The position numbers and the translations under genes were made by a program. A DNA stretch of 64,000 nucleotides from Vulcanimicrobiota bacterium (GTDB taxonomy: Bacteria; Vulcanimicrobiota; Xenobia; Xenobiales; JADMJV01). Under the pieces are notes generated by a model that worked only from the letters and a program-made list of their open reading frames with translations, made no database searches and had not been told where the DNA came from. Positions 38,422 to 47,797 of the stretch are shown one piece after another (positions within the stretch are counted from its first letter, which is position 1; every line of letters starts with the position of its first letter). The stretch spans positions 1,838,884-1,902,883 of the forward strand of contig JBFWNU010000001.1 of NCBI GenBank assembly GCA_050250895.1. Direction: 5' to 3'.

Positions 38422-39099
38422 CTAGGCCGTGCCCGCGATGATCAGGCCGGCTCCCTGAAGATAGCTACATTCGCGATACTCGAGCAGGTTGGCCCTGAGG
38501 ATGGCTTTGCCTCTGGCCCAACGCTCTCGCAGCCTCTGGTCGTCGAGGTCTTCGACCGAGTCGATGCCCGCCTTTTCGAGGCCCAGGCGATAGAGAGGGT
38601 AGAGCCAGCGGAGCCAGCCATCAGGTTTGACCTGCTGGAAGTCCATGATGGCCAGCCGGCCGCCTGGCTTGAGTATCCGTAGGCACTCGTAGAGAGCGGC
38701 CTCGAAGTCCTCGACGATGCCCAGACACCAGACCGAGATCACGGCGTCTACCTGGCTCGGCACGGGGGGTAGTTTGGCCGCGTTGGCGCGCCGGAGCTGG
38801 ATCTGAGGGCGCCACCCATTGCGTTCGACGCGTTGGCTGGCCTGGACCAGCATTCCCGAGGAGTAATCCATCCCGATGACCCGCCCGCCGCTACCGAGCT
38901 TGGGTATCAGCAGGGGGAAATTCAACCCCGTTCCACAGCCCAGATCCAGCACCCTGGCCCCTTCCAGGTCACCCAGCAGGTTGACCGTGGCTTGACGGCA
39001 GCCGCGGGTGCCAAGCAGCAGACGAAAGAAGACCTTGACCAGGGTGTCGTACCAGCCGGCCACGGCGTCATAGTTCTTGGCAACCACGGGGAGTTTCAC
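38422..39099 (-). CDS. Class I SAM-dependent methyltransferase (UbiE-like)
   Basis: VLDLGCGTG, GMDYSSGML, RILKPGG. Confidence 0.85.
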   Translation of the reverse strand: MKLPVVAKNYDAVAGWYDTLVKVFFRLLLGTRGCRQATVNLLGDLEGARVLDLGCGTGLNFPLLIPKLGSGGRVIGMDYSSGMLVQASQRVERNGWRPQIQLRRANAAKLPPVPSQVDAVISVWCLGIVEDFEAALYECLRILKPGGRLAIMDFQQVKPDGWLRWLYPLYRLGLEKAGIDSVEDLDDQRLRERWARGKAILRANLLEYRECSYLQGAGLIIAGTA

Positions 39100-39254
39100 T
39101 CTTCCAGGCTAACGTCCGGCGATACTGTCGCCAGCCTCCTCGGGGCGCCGGGGGGGGCATTCCAAAGGCTATCTTTTGTCCAGCTTCTCGCTCTTCTCGG
39201 CGTAGACTTCCTGGTCGGGGTAAAGCTCGGCCAGGAACTCTACGCCAGAACACG

Positions 39255-39794
39255 CTACTTCTCAGAGTGGGGCTCGAACGAGTCGAGCAGCGCCAGGGCC
39301 GCTTCCTGGGCGGCCGGTGAGACTTCCTGGTCGCCGCTGAAGACGCACTCGAAGGCGACCACCTTTTCCCCCAGGGGGACGTAGGCCCACCAGTTGGGAT
39401 CGGACCGCTTGAAGATGCGAAAGGCCTGGGTGCCGCCGATGGTCGAGCGCCTGACGTCATAGTCACCCCCGTCGGCCCGCTCCAAAATCCACTTCTCCAG
39501 CTCGGAGGGTGTGGTTTCGCCGGTCAAGCCGATCTTGAGGTCGACCAGGGTGCCCGACTCCACCGTAAGATTGCCGTCTTTCATGACCACTTTGGCCTCG
39601 CCTCCCGAGGCGGGTCCGAACACCCTTTGAAGCCGAATCAGGCTGGCCTGGTCGGCTCGTTGGCCGCGGGTGGGGATCAGCTTCCAGCCGACTCGCTGCA
39701 CGCGATAGCCCAGGGCCCGGTTGACGTAATGGGTCTCGGGCGGGGGCGGTTGACAGCCCAGCAGCAAAACCAGAATGAGCCACCAGTTCTTCAT
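39255..39794 (-). CDS. Hypothetical lipoprotein
   Basis: MKNWWLILVLLLGC lipobox. Confidence 0.65.
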   Translation of the reverse strand: MKNWWLILVLLLGCQPPPPETHYVNRALGYRVQRVGWKLIPTRGQRADQASLIRLQRVFGPASGGEAKVVMKDGNLTVESGTLVDLKIGLTGETTPSELEKWILERADGGDYDVRRSTIGGTQAFRIFKRSDPNWWAYVPLGEKVVAFECVFSGDQEVSPAAQEAALALLDSFEPHSEK

Positions 39795-40576
39795 GGGTCG
39801 ATCTGCAGCATCACCAGCGTGGCGTTGTCGCCATCTCGCTCGGCCGCCTCCCAGAGCATGGGGTCGAGGATGAGTTCGGGCTCTTCGGCCGAGTCCAAAA
39901 ACTCGAGTATGGTCGGGGCATCCAGGCCGCGGCCCGGGCTGCAGACGCCGTCGGTCATCATCAAAAAGCGATCGCCCGGCGAGAAAGTGATGGGGCGAAA
40001 CTCTACTCGGGTGTCCCCGATGAGTCCCAACGAACGGGTCAGCTGAAAGGCGTCACGTCGCTGCACGGCTTCTTCCACGGTGGTGCGCCCGAAGGCCAGA
40101 TCCTCACCTACCGGCGTGTGATCGATGGTCAGCCCCCGCAGTCCGCCTTCGGTGAAGCGCACCACTCTGCTATCGCCGATATGAAAGACGATGCCCTGGT
40201 CGGGCGCCTGCAAAACGACTCCGGCCAGGGTGGTACCGGCCTCTTTGCATTTCTCTTTCTTCAGCACCTTTTGCAGCCTTTTGGTGGCGGATTTGATGGC
40301 CGCCGTCAGGCGGGCCTCGAGGTCGCCTCGGGTCTGCTTCTGGAAGTCGGCGGCCAGGCTTTCGAGCATGGTGCGACTGGCCAGGGCGCCGCCTGCGTAG
40401 CTGCCCATTCCGTCCGCGACGGCCGCCATAAAACCCTGGTTGTGAAAGACCCGATAGCTTGAGTCGAACGCGTCCGACAGTAACTTCTCCTGGCTTACCT
40501 GGGTGCCGATGCAGAAGTGGTCGTCGTTCTTGTCGCGTGCGCCGGGCACACTACCCCCACAGATTCGGATCCTCAC
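39791..40576 (-). CDS. PP2C-family Ser/Thr protein phosphatase
   Basis: RDKNDD, AVADGMG, AGTT, HIGDSR, TDG, DNAT; start reset to GTG 40576. Confidence 0.9.
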   Translation of the reverse strand: MRIRICGGSVPGARDKNDDHFCIGTQVSQEKLLSDAFDSSYRVFHNQGFMAAVADGMGSYAGGALASRTMLESLAADFQKQTRGDLEARLTAAIKSATKRLQKVLKKEKCKEAGTTLAGVVLQAPDQGIVFHIGDSRVVRFTEGGLRGLTIDHTPVGEDLAFGRTTVEEAVQRRDAFQLTRSLGLIGDTRVEFRPITFSPGDRFLMMTDGVCSPGRGLDAPTILEFLDSAEEPELILDPMLWEAAERDGDNATLVMLQIDP

Positions 40577-40655
40577 CGCCGGATCTTGTTTCTTGCCGCT
40601 TCGCCTCCTGCTGACAACGACGATTGAATGTCTCTCATCATGACAAGGCGGTGGG

Positions 40656-40747
40656 TGGCGGGAATGGGAGGGAGTCGAACCCTCCGAGCGCGCTAACGCC
40701 CCAACGGTTTTGAAGACCGCGGAAGCCACCGGACCCCATCCACTCCC
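40656..40747 (-). tRNA. selC: tRNA-Sec (UCA)
   Basis: 8-bp acceptor stem GGGAGTGG/CCATTCCC, anticodon loop CTTCAAA, long variable arm, GGTTCGACTCC, G discriminator + CCA; 92 nt. Confidence 0.93.
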
Positions 40748-40820
40748 GTCGCCTTCTTAGCCGCCGGAGTGCCAAATCCTGCGGAGGACTCGGCCCCGGA
40801 GCGGGAGAAACGGGCCGAGG

Positions 40821-41363
40821 ATGGACGCCGACTTTCAAGCAGAGGCTCTGGTACACCTGGACTCTCTCTACCGTTATGCCAGGCGTCTTACCAATCAGGA
40901 GAAAGACGCCGAGGATCTTCTCCAAGAGACTTTTCTCAGGGCATTTCGGTTCTGGGACAAATATCAAAAGGGCACTAACTGCCGGGCCTGGCTCTATCGA
41001 ATCATGAAGAATCTGGCCATCAATAAAGCCCAGTCCGCCGCTCGCAAGCCCAATTCGACTTCCCTGGATGACACCGAGGAATGGTATCTCTATCGGCAGC
41101 TTTTGGAGCAAGAGTCGACAGAGGCAAAGAGTCCCGAGAAGCTTTTCTTTGAGCGCAACTGGAGCCCCGAGATTCGTGAGGCTCTGGCCAGCCTGCCCGA
41201 GGATTTTCGCGATCCCATCTTGCTGTGCGATGTCGAGGGCTTCTCTTACCAGGAGATCGCCGACCTGCTCGAGGTGCCCATTGGAACGGTTCGCTCGCGA
41301 TTGAACAGGGCCAGGCGCAAACTTCAGAAGCACCTGGCCCAGTATGTGACTCAGCCGACCTGA
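40821..41363 (+). CDS. ECF RNA polymerase sigma factor (SigR/SigH-like)
   Basis: DAEDLLQETFLRA, AWLYRI, SYQEIA...IGTVRSRLNRAR. Confidence 0.92.
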   Translation: MDADFQAEALVHLDSLYRYARRLTNQEKDAEDLLQETFLRAFRFWDKYQKGTNCRAWLYRIMKNLAINKAQSAARKPNSTSLDDTEEWYLYRQLLEQESTEAKSPEKLFFERNWSPEIREALASLPEDFRDPILLCDVEGFSYQEIADLLEVPIGTVRSRLNRARRKLQKHLAQYVTQPT

Positions 41364-41369
41364 GCCTGG

Positions 41370-41903
41370 CTACACGCGAATGGTGGCGTCAGCCGAGTGC
41401 TCGCGCACGGCCTGCACGAAGTGCTCCAGCACCTCGCTGGCGATGGGCAATACCTCACGCTTGAGGATGATGCGCAGGGCTTCGTTGCCGTTGCAGCCGT
41501 GATTTTCGGCCACTTTACTGATCTCTTCGTCGGACAACCAATCACCGGTATTGAGGGTATAGGCGGGCTCGACGAAGTACTTGCCCGACTTGCCAGCATC
41601 CGTGCTGGTACGCATGATGACTTCGTGCAGCAGCTTGGAGTGGGGCCCTTTCTTGAGAGCCTTTTCGATGACTTGTTGGTTGCCTTCGAAGGGGGCCGAG
41701 ATGATGAGCATGTTGCCATTTTCGTTGGCTCTCGTCTTCTCGAGGGCAAACGTCCTGGCGCTGGGAACATCCAGAAAACGCAACCCGCCCAGTTTGGTAG
41801 GGGACCCTTTGGCCACGTAGCGCCCATAGATCTCGGTGAGCAAGATATCGATCTCTTCGCCGATGCGGGTGAAATTTAGCCCTGTTTCTTTCTTTTTAGC
41901 CAT
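41370..41903 (-). CDS. Hypothetical protein
   Basis: 177 aa ORF with GGAG SD; downstream of serA on the same strand. Confidence 0.6.
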   Translation of the reverse strand: MAKKKETGLNFTRIGEEIDILLTEIYGRYVAKGSPTKLGGLRFLDVPSARTFALEKTRANENGNMLIISAPFEGNQQVIEKALKKGPHSKLLHEVIMRTSTDAGKSGKYFVEPAYTLNTGDWLSDEEISKVAENHGCNGNEALRIILKREVLPIASEVLEHFVQAVREHSADATIRV

Positions 41904-41963
41904 TCTTTACTCCAAAAGCTCGTATCAAGCCCAAGCTCTACGACTCAGCTAGAAAAAATCCTG

Positions 41964-43544
41964 CTAGAGTGTCACCAGTTTAGCGTCTTCAATACCTTCC
42001 AAACGGCGAACCTCTTCCAATACGGCCGCTGTAGGCTTCTCGTCCACCGACATTACCATGACGGCCCGGGTCCGCGCCTCGGCCCGGCCGACCTGCATTT
42101 CGGCCACATTGATATCCTCGCGGCCGAGCACCGTGCCCACGCGGCCGATGACTCCGGGCTGGTCGTTCTGCCAGGTGATCAACTTGTGACCCTCAAGAAT
42201 CACCGACAAACGCAGGCCATCGATGCTCACCACTCGGGGCTGGTCGTCCTCGAAGACGGCTCCTACACAGCAGCGCTTGGCCCGGTCGGTCTCGACCGTC
42301 ATTTCGATCACGCTGGAGTAGGCCGACAGCGCGCCACCTTTGCTCTCGGTGACATCCACGCCCCGCTCTTGAGCCACCAGTTTGGCGTTGACGAAGTTGA
42401 CGGTCTCGGGGCTGCCAGCCGCCAGAATGCCTTTCAAAGCGGCCGTGGTCAAAAAGGATACCTGGGAATCGGCCAGGCGTCCGCGATAGACCACCTGGAC
42501 CCGCCGCAGTTTGCCGCCCGCGGTGCAGGCCAGAAAGACTCCCATTTTCTCGGCCAGGTTCAGATAGGGCTTGAGAAAGGCCAGGACCTTCGGAGGAACA
42601 TAGCTGATGTTGACGGCCGAGCGGGGTGGACCCCCGGCCAGAACCTCGACGACCTGCTCGGCCACATCGGTGGCCACCCTCAGCTGCGCCTCTTCGGTGG
42701 AGGCGGCCAGATGGGGCGTGGTCACCAGCCGGTCGGTGGAACGCACCGGCGAGTCCTTGGCCGGCGGCTCAGACTCGAACACGTCCAGGGCGGCTCCCCC
42801 CAGTTGCCCCGAGTTGACGACCTCGACCAGGGCGGCCTCATCCACGATGCCCCCTCGGGCGCAGTTGATGAGAAAGGCGCCTTTCTTCATTTTGGCCAGG
42901 CGCTCGGCATTAAACAGGTTCTCGGTTTCGGGCACTTTCGGCACGTGCACGGTGATGAAGTCGGCCTGGGCCACCAGTTGGTCGATCTCGGCCGAAGTGG
43001 CGCCCGTGCTGGCGATCATCTCGTCGGAAACGAACGGATCGTGGGCCAGCACCTTCATCTTGAACGAAGCCGCCCGCGAGGCTACCTCGCGGCCGATCCG
43101 GCCGAACCCCACCACGCCCAGCGTCTTGTTGTAGAGTTCGTGGCCGGTGAAGGTCTTGCGGTCCCACTCGCCGCGCTCCATCGAGGCGTGCGCCCAGGGC
43201 AGCCTGCGAGCCGCCGCCAACAGCAAGGCCATGGTATGCTCGGCCGCCGAAATCGTGTTGCCTTCCGGCGAGTTGATCACCAGGATACCGCGGGCGGTGG
43301 CCGCCTTTACATCGACGTTGTCTACGCCCACGCCGGCCCGCCCGATGACCTGCAGGTTCTTGCCAGCTTCGATGACCTCGGCGGTGACCTGGGTCGCACT
43401 GCGAATCAACAAGGCGTCGTAATCCCCAATGATGCTGACCAGTTCTTGCGGACTCAAGCCCGTCTTCACATCCACCTCGGCGGATTTTCGCAACGCCTCG
43501 AGGGCCTCTTCGGCCAGAGAATCGCTCACCAATATGCGTGCCAC
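41964..43544 (-). CDS. serA: D-3-phosphoglycerate dehydrogenase (long form with ASB and ACT domains)
   Basis: GRAGVGVDNVD, GFGRIG, INCARGG, TPHLAASTEEAQ, NDQPGVIG. Confidence 0.96.
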   Translation of the reverse strand: MARILVSDSLAEEALEALRKSAEVDVKTGLSPQELVSIIGDYDALLIRSATQVTAEVIEAGKNLQVIGRAGVGVDNVDVKAATARGILVINSPEGNTISAAEHTMALLLAAARRLPWAHASMERGEWDRKTFTGHELYNKTLGVVGFGRIGREVASRAASFKMKVLAHDPFVSDEMIASTGATSAEIDQLVAQADFITVHVPKVPETENLFNAERLAKMKKGAFLINCARGGIVDEAALVEVVNSGQLGGAALDVFESEPPAKDSPVRSTDRLVTTPHLAASTEEAQLRVATDVAEQVVEVLAGGPPRSAVNISYVPPKVLAFLKPYLNLAEKMGVFLACTAGGKLRRVQVVYRGRLADSQVSFLTTAALKGILAAGSPETVNFVNAKLVAQERGVDVTESKGGALSAYSSVIEMTVETDRAKRCCVGAVFEDDQPRVVSIDGLRLSVILEGHKLITWQNDQPGVIGRVGTVLGREDINVAEMQVGRAEARTRAVMVMSVDEKPTAAVLEEVRRLEGIEDAKLVTL

Positions 43545-43600
43545 TCTACACCTCCTACAGGGTGCTCCGCATTACGGGGGGGGCCGGGGTGGATCCTTCT

Positions 43601-44253
43601 GGCGACGACTGTCGTCGTCGAGAAGGGGAGCGTCCGCTTCGCGGCCGAGAAGGGAGCCGGGCGGTCGCCCGGAGATGGGAGCGGCGACGACTGCCGTCGT
43701 CGAGAAGGGAGCGTCGGCTTCGCCGCCGAGAGAGGAGCCCCTCGGCTTCGCCGGGGAGATGGGAGCGGCCACCTTCGCTATCGCTTTCGGTGGCCGAGAG
43801 GGGAGCGAGGTTCGCTGGGCTCACCTCGAGTCTTGAGGTACTCGACGCGCGACGACTGCGTCGTCGAGAGGGGAGCGTCCGCTTCGCGGCCGAGAAGGGA
43901 GCCGGGCGGTCGCCCGGAGATGGGAGCGCTGGCTTCGCTTGCGCTCGCCAGCGAGAAGGGAGCGAGGTTCGCTGGGCTCACCTCGAGTCTTGAGGTACTC
44001 GACGCGCGACGACTGTCGTCGTCGAGAGGGGAGCGTCCGCTTCGCGGCCGAGAAGGGAGCCGGGCGGTCGCCCGGAGATGGGAGCGGCGACGACTGCCGT
44101 CGTCGAGAAGGGAGCGTCCGCTTCGCGGCCGAGAAGGGAGCCGGGCGGTCGCCCGGAGATGGGAGCGCTGGCTTCGCTTGCGCTCGCCAGCGAGAAGGGA
44201 GCGAGGTTCGCTGGGCTCACCTCGAGTCTTGAGGTACTCGACGCTTCGCGTCG
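43601..44253 (+). repeat. Modular hairpin array with constant AGA(A/T/G)GGGAG linker
   Basis: 21 hairpin modules of 5 types separated by 18 purine linkers (counted by hand). Confidence 0.9.
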
Positions 44254-44261
44254 TAACCCTG

Positions 44262-44650
44262 GTCGGCCGCAGGCCGAAATCTCCGCGCGACGCGCCGGCT
44301 CCTTTCTCAGCGGCGTCAGCCGCTGCTGCTTGTCGGCCGCAGGCCGAGATCTCCGCGCGAAGCGCCGGCTCCTTTCTCAGCGGCGCCAGCCGCTGCCAGG
44401 CCGAGATCTCCGCGCGAAGCGCCGGCTCCTTTCCCAGCGGCGTCAGCCGCTGCTGCTTGTCGGCCGCAGGCCGAGATCTCCGCGCGAAGCGTCGGCTCCT
44501 TTCTCAGCGGCGTCAGCCGCTGCTGCTTGTCGGCCGCAGGCCGAGATCTCCGCGCGAAGCGCCGGCTCCTTTCTCAGCGGCGCCAGCCGCTGCCAGGCCG
44601 AGATCTCCGCGCGAAGGGTCGGCTCCGTTCTCAGCGGCGCCAGCCGCTGC
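44262..44650 (-). repeat. Six tandem 57/70-bp palindromic units; hairpin-linker array in inverted orientation
   Basis: AGGCCGA(A/G)ATCTCCGCGCGA at 44271, 44341, 44398, 44468, 44538, 44595; minus strand reads hairpin-AGAAAGGAG-hairpin. Confidence 0.9.
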
Positions 44651-44662
44651 TCCCCGGCCCTC

Positions 44663-44691
44663 TAGACAGGTCCTGTCCACATGTGTATTAT
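44663..44691 (+). promoter_or_regulatory. Sigma-70 promoter of tRNA-Ser
   Basis: TAGACA-17 nt-TATTAT just upstream of the tRNA. Confidence 0.7.
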
Positions 44692-44704
44692 GGAACGCAC
44701 ACAC

Positions 44705-44793
44705 GGAGTGGTGGCCGAGCGGCTCAAGGCGCACGCCTGCTAAGCGTGAGGGGGGAAACTCCCACGTGGGTTCGAATCCCACCCACTCCGCCA
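44705..44793 (+). tRNA. tRNA-Ser (GCT)
   Basis: GGAGTGG/CCACTCC acceptor stem, anticodon loop CTGCTAA, long variable arm, GGTTCGAATCC, G+CCA. Confidence 0.95.
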
Positions 44794-44800
44794 ACTCCAG

Positions 44801-44824
44801 CGGGGACGGCAGGTCCCCGTTTTT
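44801..44824 (+). terminator. Intrinsic terminator after tRNA-Ser
   Basis: CGGGGAC-ggcag-GTCCCCG-TTTTT. Confidence 0.75.
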
Positions 44825-44830
44825 GCATGT

Positions 44831-45802
44831 ATGCGATACGAACGAGCCGACCTGATCGTGGTAGGAGGGGGCCTGGTGGGTAGCCTGGCCGCTCGTGCCG
44901 CTGTGGCCCGCGGGCTGACGGTGCGTGTCATCGACGAGGGACGCCCGCGTTTGCTCGAGCCCGTGACTTACCACTGCGCCTACGACGAGGCCGACCTGGT
45001 GCGTTGGTTGGAGCCTTCGCTGAGCGTCTGGCAAGAGTTCGATTCGGCCCGCTACCCGCTCGACCTGCAGGCCTTCGAGCGGCTCGAGGTGGGGCCTGAA
45101 CTGGGCGGTTTGCGCGCGGCGCTCGAACTGGGTGGAGAGGCTCATCGGGTGCTGGATTCGGAAGAAGCCAATCGGACTTATCGCTATCTGCGTCTGCCCG
45201 AGGGGTGGACGGCCATTCGCATGGTCCGAGCGGGGCGACTGAATAGTCCGCAGCTGCTGGCCCATCTTTGGGAGAACCTGGCCGGGGTGCACTCGGACAC
45301 CCAGGTTCGCTTTATCGACTTCGAGCACGAGTCGCCCACGGCGGTGAGTTATGAGGTGGCCTTTCGCGGGCGTTACCTGCTGGTGGCCGCCGGCCAGGCC
45401 ACGGCCGGGTTGTTGGGTCTGGATTTGCCCGGGGGGGTCGAGCGGCGGGCCGTCTTCTTCGGAGGCGGGGAACCTCTTTATGGGGGGGCTCGCCTGGAGA
45501 AGAACTGGGAGTTCGAGCCGGGTGACCAGGGCTTCGAGCTAGTAGGGCCCGACCAGGAGATGCCGGAAGAACTCAGACGGTTGGCGCCGAGTCTGTTCGC
45601 CCACCGCCTCGGTCAGCGACAGACCCAGGAACAGGAACGCCCCTATCTGGGCGAGCTTGATTTTCGCTCGGACATCGGCGGTTATACGGCGCTCGGGGCG
45701 GGGCACCGGGGATTGGCACCGCAGTTGGCCGAGGTTGCCATCGAGCGCTTGTTGGGCGAGCGCGGGGTCCCGGCCGCCCTGGCCTACGGCCGCTCGGAAT
45801 AG
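44831..45802 (+). CDS. FAD-dependent oxidoreductase (DAO/sarcosine oxidase-like, divergent)
   Basis: DLIVVGGGLVG...VRVID dinucleotide-binding fold; LLVAAG. Confidence 0.7.
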   Translation: MRYERADLIVVGGGLVGSLAARAAVARGLTVRVIDEGRPRLLEPVTYHCAYDEADLVRWLEPSLSVWQEFDSARYPLDLQAFERLEVGPELGGLRAALELGGEAHRVLDSEEANRTYRYLRLPEGWTAIRMVRAGRLNSPQLLAHLWENLAGVHSDTQVRFIDFEHESPTAVSYEVAFRGRYLLVAAGQATAGLLGLDLPGGVERRAVFFGGGEPLYGGARLEKNWEFEPGDQGFELVGPDQEMPEELRRLAPSLFAHRLGQRQTQEQERPYLGELDFRSDIGGYTALGAGHRGLAPQLAEVAIERLLGERGVPAALAYGRSE

Positions 45803-47715
45803 ACCATCTCGGGCAACACGATGCGAAAGCCTAGATCGCTGCGGCGAAAGTCTTCATTGGCGGCCACTCGGGCCCCTGAGCGACACTTCGAGGGAATACT
45901 CTCCCAGCCACCGCCGCGCATGACTCGCAGAGTGCCGTTCATCGGGCCCAGCGGGTCGAACTGGGCCGTCGAAGGATACTCGGCGTAGAAATCGTCGCAC
46001 CATTCCCAGACATTGCCATGCACATCGTAAAGGCCGAAGGCGTTGGCCGCTCCTAGCGAGCCCACGTCGATGGGAGTGAGGCGATAGACCCCCTTGCCAC
46101 CCATGCCGTAGGTGTGGTCTGCCTGATAGTTGGCCACATCGCTCGAAAGCGTGAGGCCGAAGGTGAAGGGCGTGGTGCTACCGGCCCGACAGGCGTACTC
46201 CCATTCGGCTTCCGTGGGCAAACGATAGGCTCGCCCTGAGGCCCGGGTCAGGCGGGCGCAGAACTCTTGCACTTCGAGCCATGAAACCGACTCCACCGGC
46301 AGGCCGTCGCCGCGGTATTCTGAGGGTTGCAAAGGCAAGGAGGCGCGCACGGCGGTCTGAGAGGCCATCACCCGCCACTGCTTCTGGGTGATCTCGTAGC
46401 GCGACATGTAGAAAGAGCGGATGGTCACCTGGTGCTGGGGAGACTCGGAGGGATCGCGGTTGGGCTCGTCGTCGGGAGTTCCCATCCAGAAGGTCCCACC
46501 CGGCACCTGGACCATCTCGATGGCCACTCCTTCACCCAGGTTCTCGGCGAAGCCGACGGTCTGGCCCGGCCGGCGACTGGGAAAGCGACCCTTGGGGTCG
46601 AGAGAAACCACTTCGTAGTTGAGACTGTAAAGCTGATCCGGCGGCACGTTGGGCACCGGCACCACCGGGTCGCGGGCCCCGCCCCAGCCGATGGCAAACC
46701 CGATGGCCAGCACCAGTAGCAGACCGGCGATGTAGATCGGCGTGCGGTAGATGGGCCTCGGCTCGGGCGGGGGCGGCGGCGGTTCGGGCGGAGGCGGGGG
46801 CGGTGGTTCTTTCTTGGGTGGAATGTTGGCCGGCAGCACGCTGCCATGACCCGAGACCTCGGGGGCGGGAGTGGGCTCGGGGGGGAGTTCCTCGGCCGGT
46901 TCCTCTCCGTCGAGAAAGGCGATGGCCCGCTGGGCCGTCCAGCGGTCTTTTGGCTCTCGTCGCAGGCATCCCCGGATGAGAGGGTCGAGCTTGGAAGGCA
47001 GATCGGACAGTTCTGGCAACTGATTGAGAATTCGCCAGATAAGATCGCCTTTTGAACCCTTGTCGCCTTGTTCGAAGGGCAGTCGGCCGGTCACGGCCAC
47101 AAACAGCATGATGCCTAGAGACCAGAGGTCGCTGGGAGCTTCGACCACGTCTTTTTCGAACGTCTCGGGGGCGCGATAGATGAAGTGGCGTTCGTCGACG
47201 TGGACTTCGCGCAACCGGGAGCGAATGGTCAGAAACTCGGTTCCGCCGAGCTTCCAATCTTTGCCCACTCGCAACAGGTTGGTGGGTCGCATGTGACCGT
47301 GCACGTGATCTTGTTCGTGGAGAAAGGTCAGAGCCTCGAGAGCACCGCGCGCCAGGGCCTCGACCTCTTCGGACTCGAAGGTCTTGGACTCGTCCAGCCG
47401 TTTGGCCAGGCTTTCGTCGGCCAGTTCGACGGCGGCATAGAGCGCGCCGGTGGCCGGTCCGGTGCGGATGACCCCATAGTTCTGTAAGTTAACCAGACTG
47501 GGGTCGTTGAGTTTGAGGCCGCGGGCTTCAGAGACCAGCTCGTCGGGGTCTTCGCCTTCGAGCGGATAGGCGATCTTGATGGCACATTTCCCGACCGCTC
47601 GCTTGAGCGCCAGCAGATCGGCCAGAAAGACGTCACCTACCGGCCCCTGGCCCAAATGCTCGGCCAGACGGAGGCGGTCGGAAAGCTGGAAGCCTATGAG
47701 CTGGTCCGGCTCCAT
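45784..47715 (-). CDS. Ser/Thr kinase-like domain (probable pseudokinase) + Pro linker + TM + FGE/SUMF1 domain
   Basis: AIK, YRAPE, DLWSLG; RLPTEAEWEYACRAG, NAFGLYDVHGNVWEW, RGG, GFR. Confidence 0.88.
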   Translation of the reverse strand: MEPDQLIGFQLSDRLRLAEHLGQGPVGDVFLADLLALKRAVGKCAIKIAYPLEGEDPDELVSEARGLKLNDPSLVNLQNYGVIRTGPATGALYAAVELADESLAKRLDESKTFESEEVEALARGALEALTFLHEQDHVHGHMRPTNLLRVGKDWKLGGTEFLTIRSRLREVHVDERHFIYRAPETFEKDVVEAPSDLWSLGIMLFVAVTGRLPFEQGDKGSKGDLIWRILNQLPELSDLPSKLDPLIRGCLRREPKDRWTAQRAIAFLDGEEPAEELPPEPTPAPEVSGHGSVLPANIPPKKEPPPPPPPEPPPPPPEPRPIYRTPIYIAGLLLVLAIGFAIGWGGARDPVVPVPNVPPDQLYSLNYEVVSLDPKGRFPSRRPGQTVGFAENLGEGVAIEMVQVPGGTFWMGTPDDEPNRDPSESPQHQVTIRSFYMSRYEITQKQWRVMASQTAVRASLPLQPSEYRGDGLPVESVSWLEVQEFCARLTRASGRAYRLPTEAEWEYACRAGSTTPFTFGLTLSSDVANYQADHTYGMGGKGVYRLTPIDVGSLGAANAFGLYDVHGNVWEWCDDFYAEYPSTAQFDPLGPMNGTLRVMRGGGWESIPSKCRSGARVAANEDFRRSDLGFRIVLPEMVYSERP

Positions 47716-47797
47716 CGGCGGGCAATTCAAGCTCGCCGGCCGGGATCCCCTCTCGGCCGGGGGGAGTTTCCAGGCTTCGACCGAACGGGCCCAGACT

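Noticed and set aside
40577-40729. N-terminal extension of the PP2C ORF
   Set aside because: It overlaps tRNA-Sec; the phosphatase domain starts near GTG 40576.
43601-44650. CRISPR array
   Set aside because: There is no 23-47 bp constant repeat with unique spacers; the variable parts recur and are themselves palindromes; no cas genes are present.
42186-44855. 889-aa plus-strand ORF and other ORFs across the repeats
   Set aside because: Antisense to serA and runs through the GC-rich repeats and tRNA-Ser; a stop-poor artefact.
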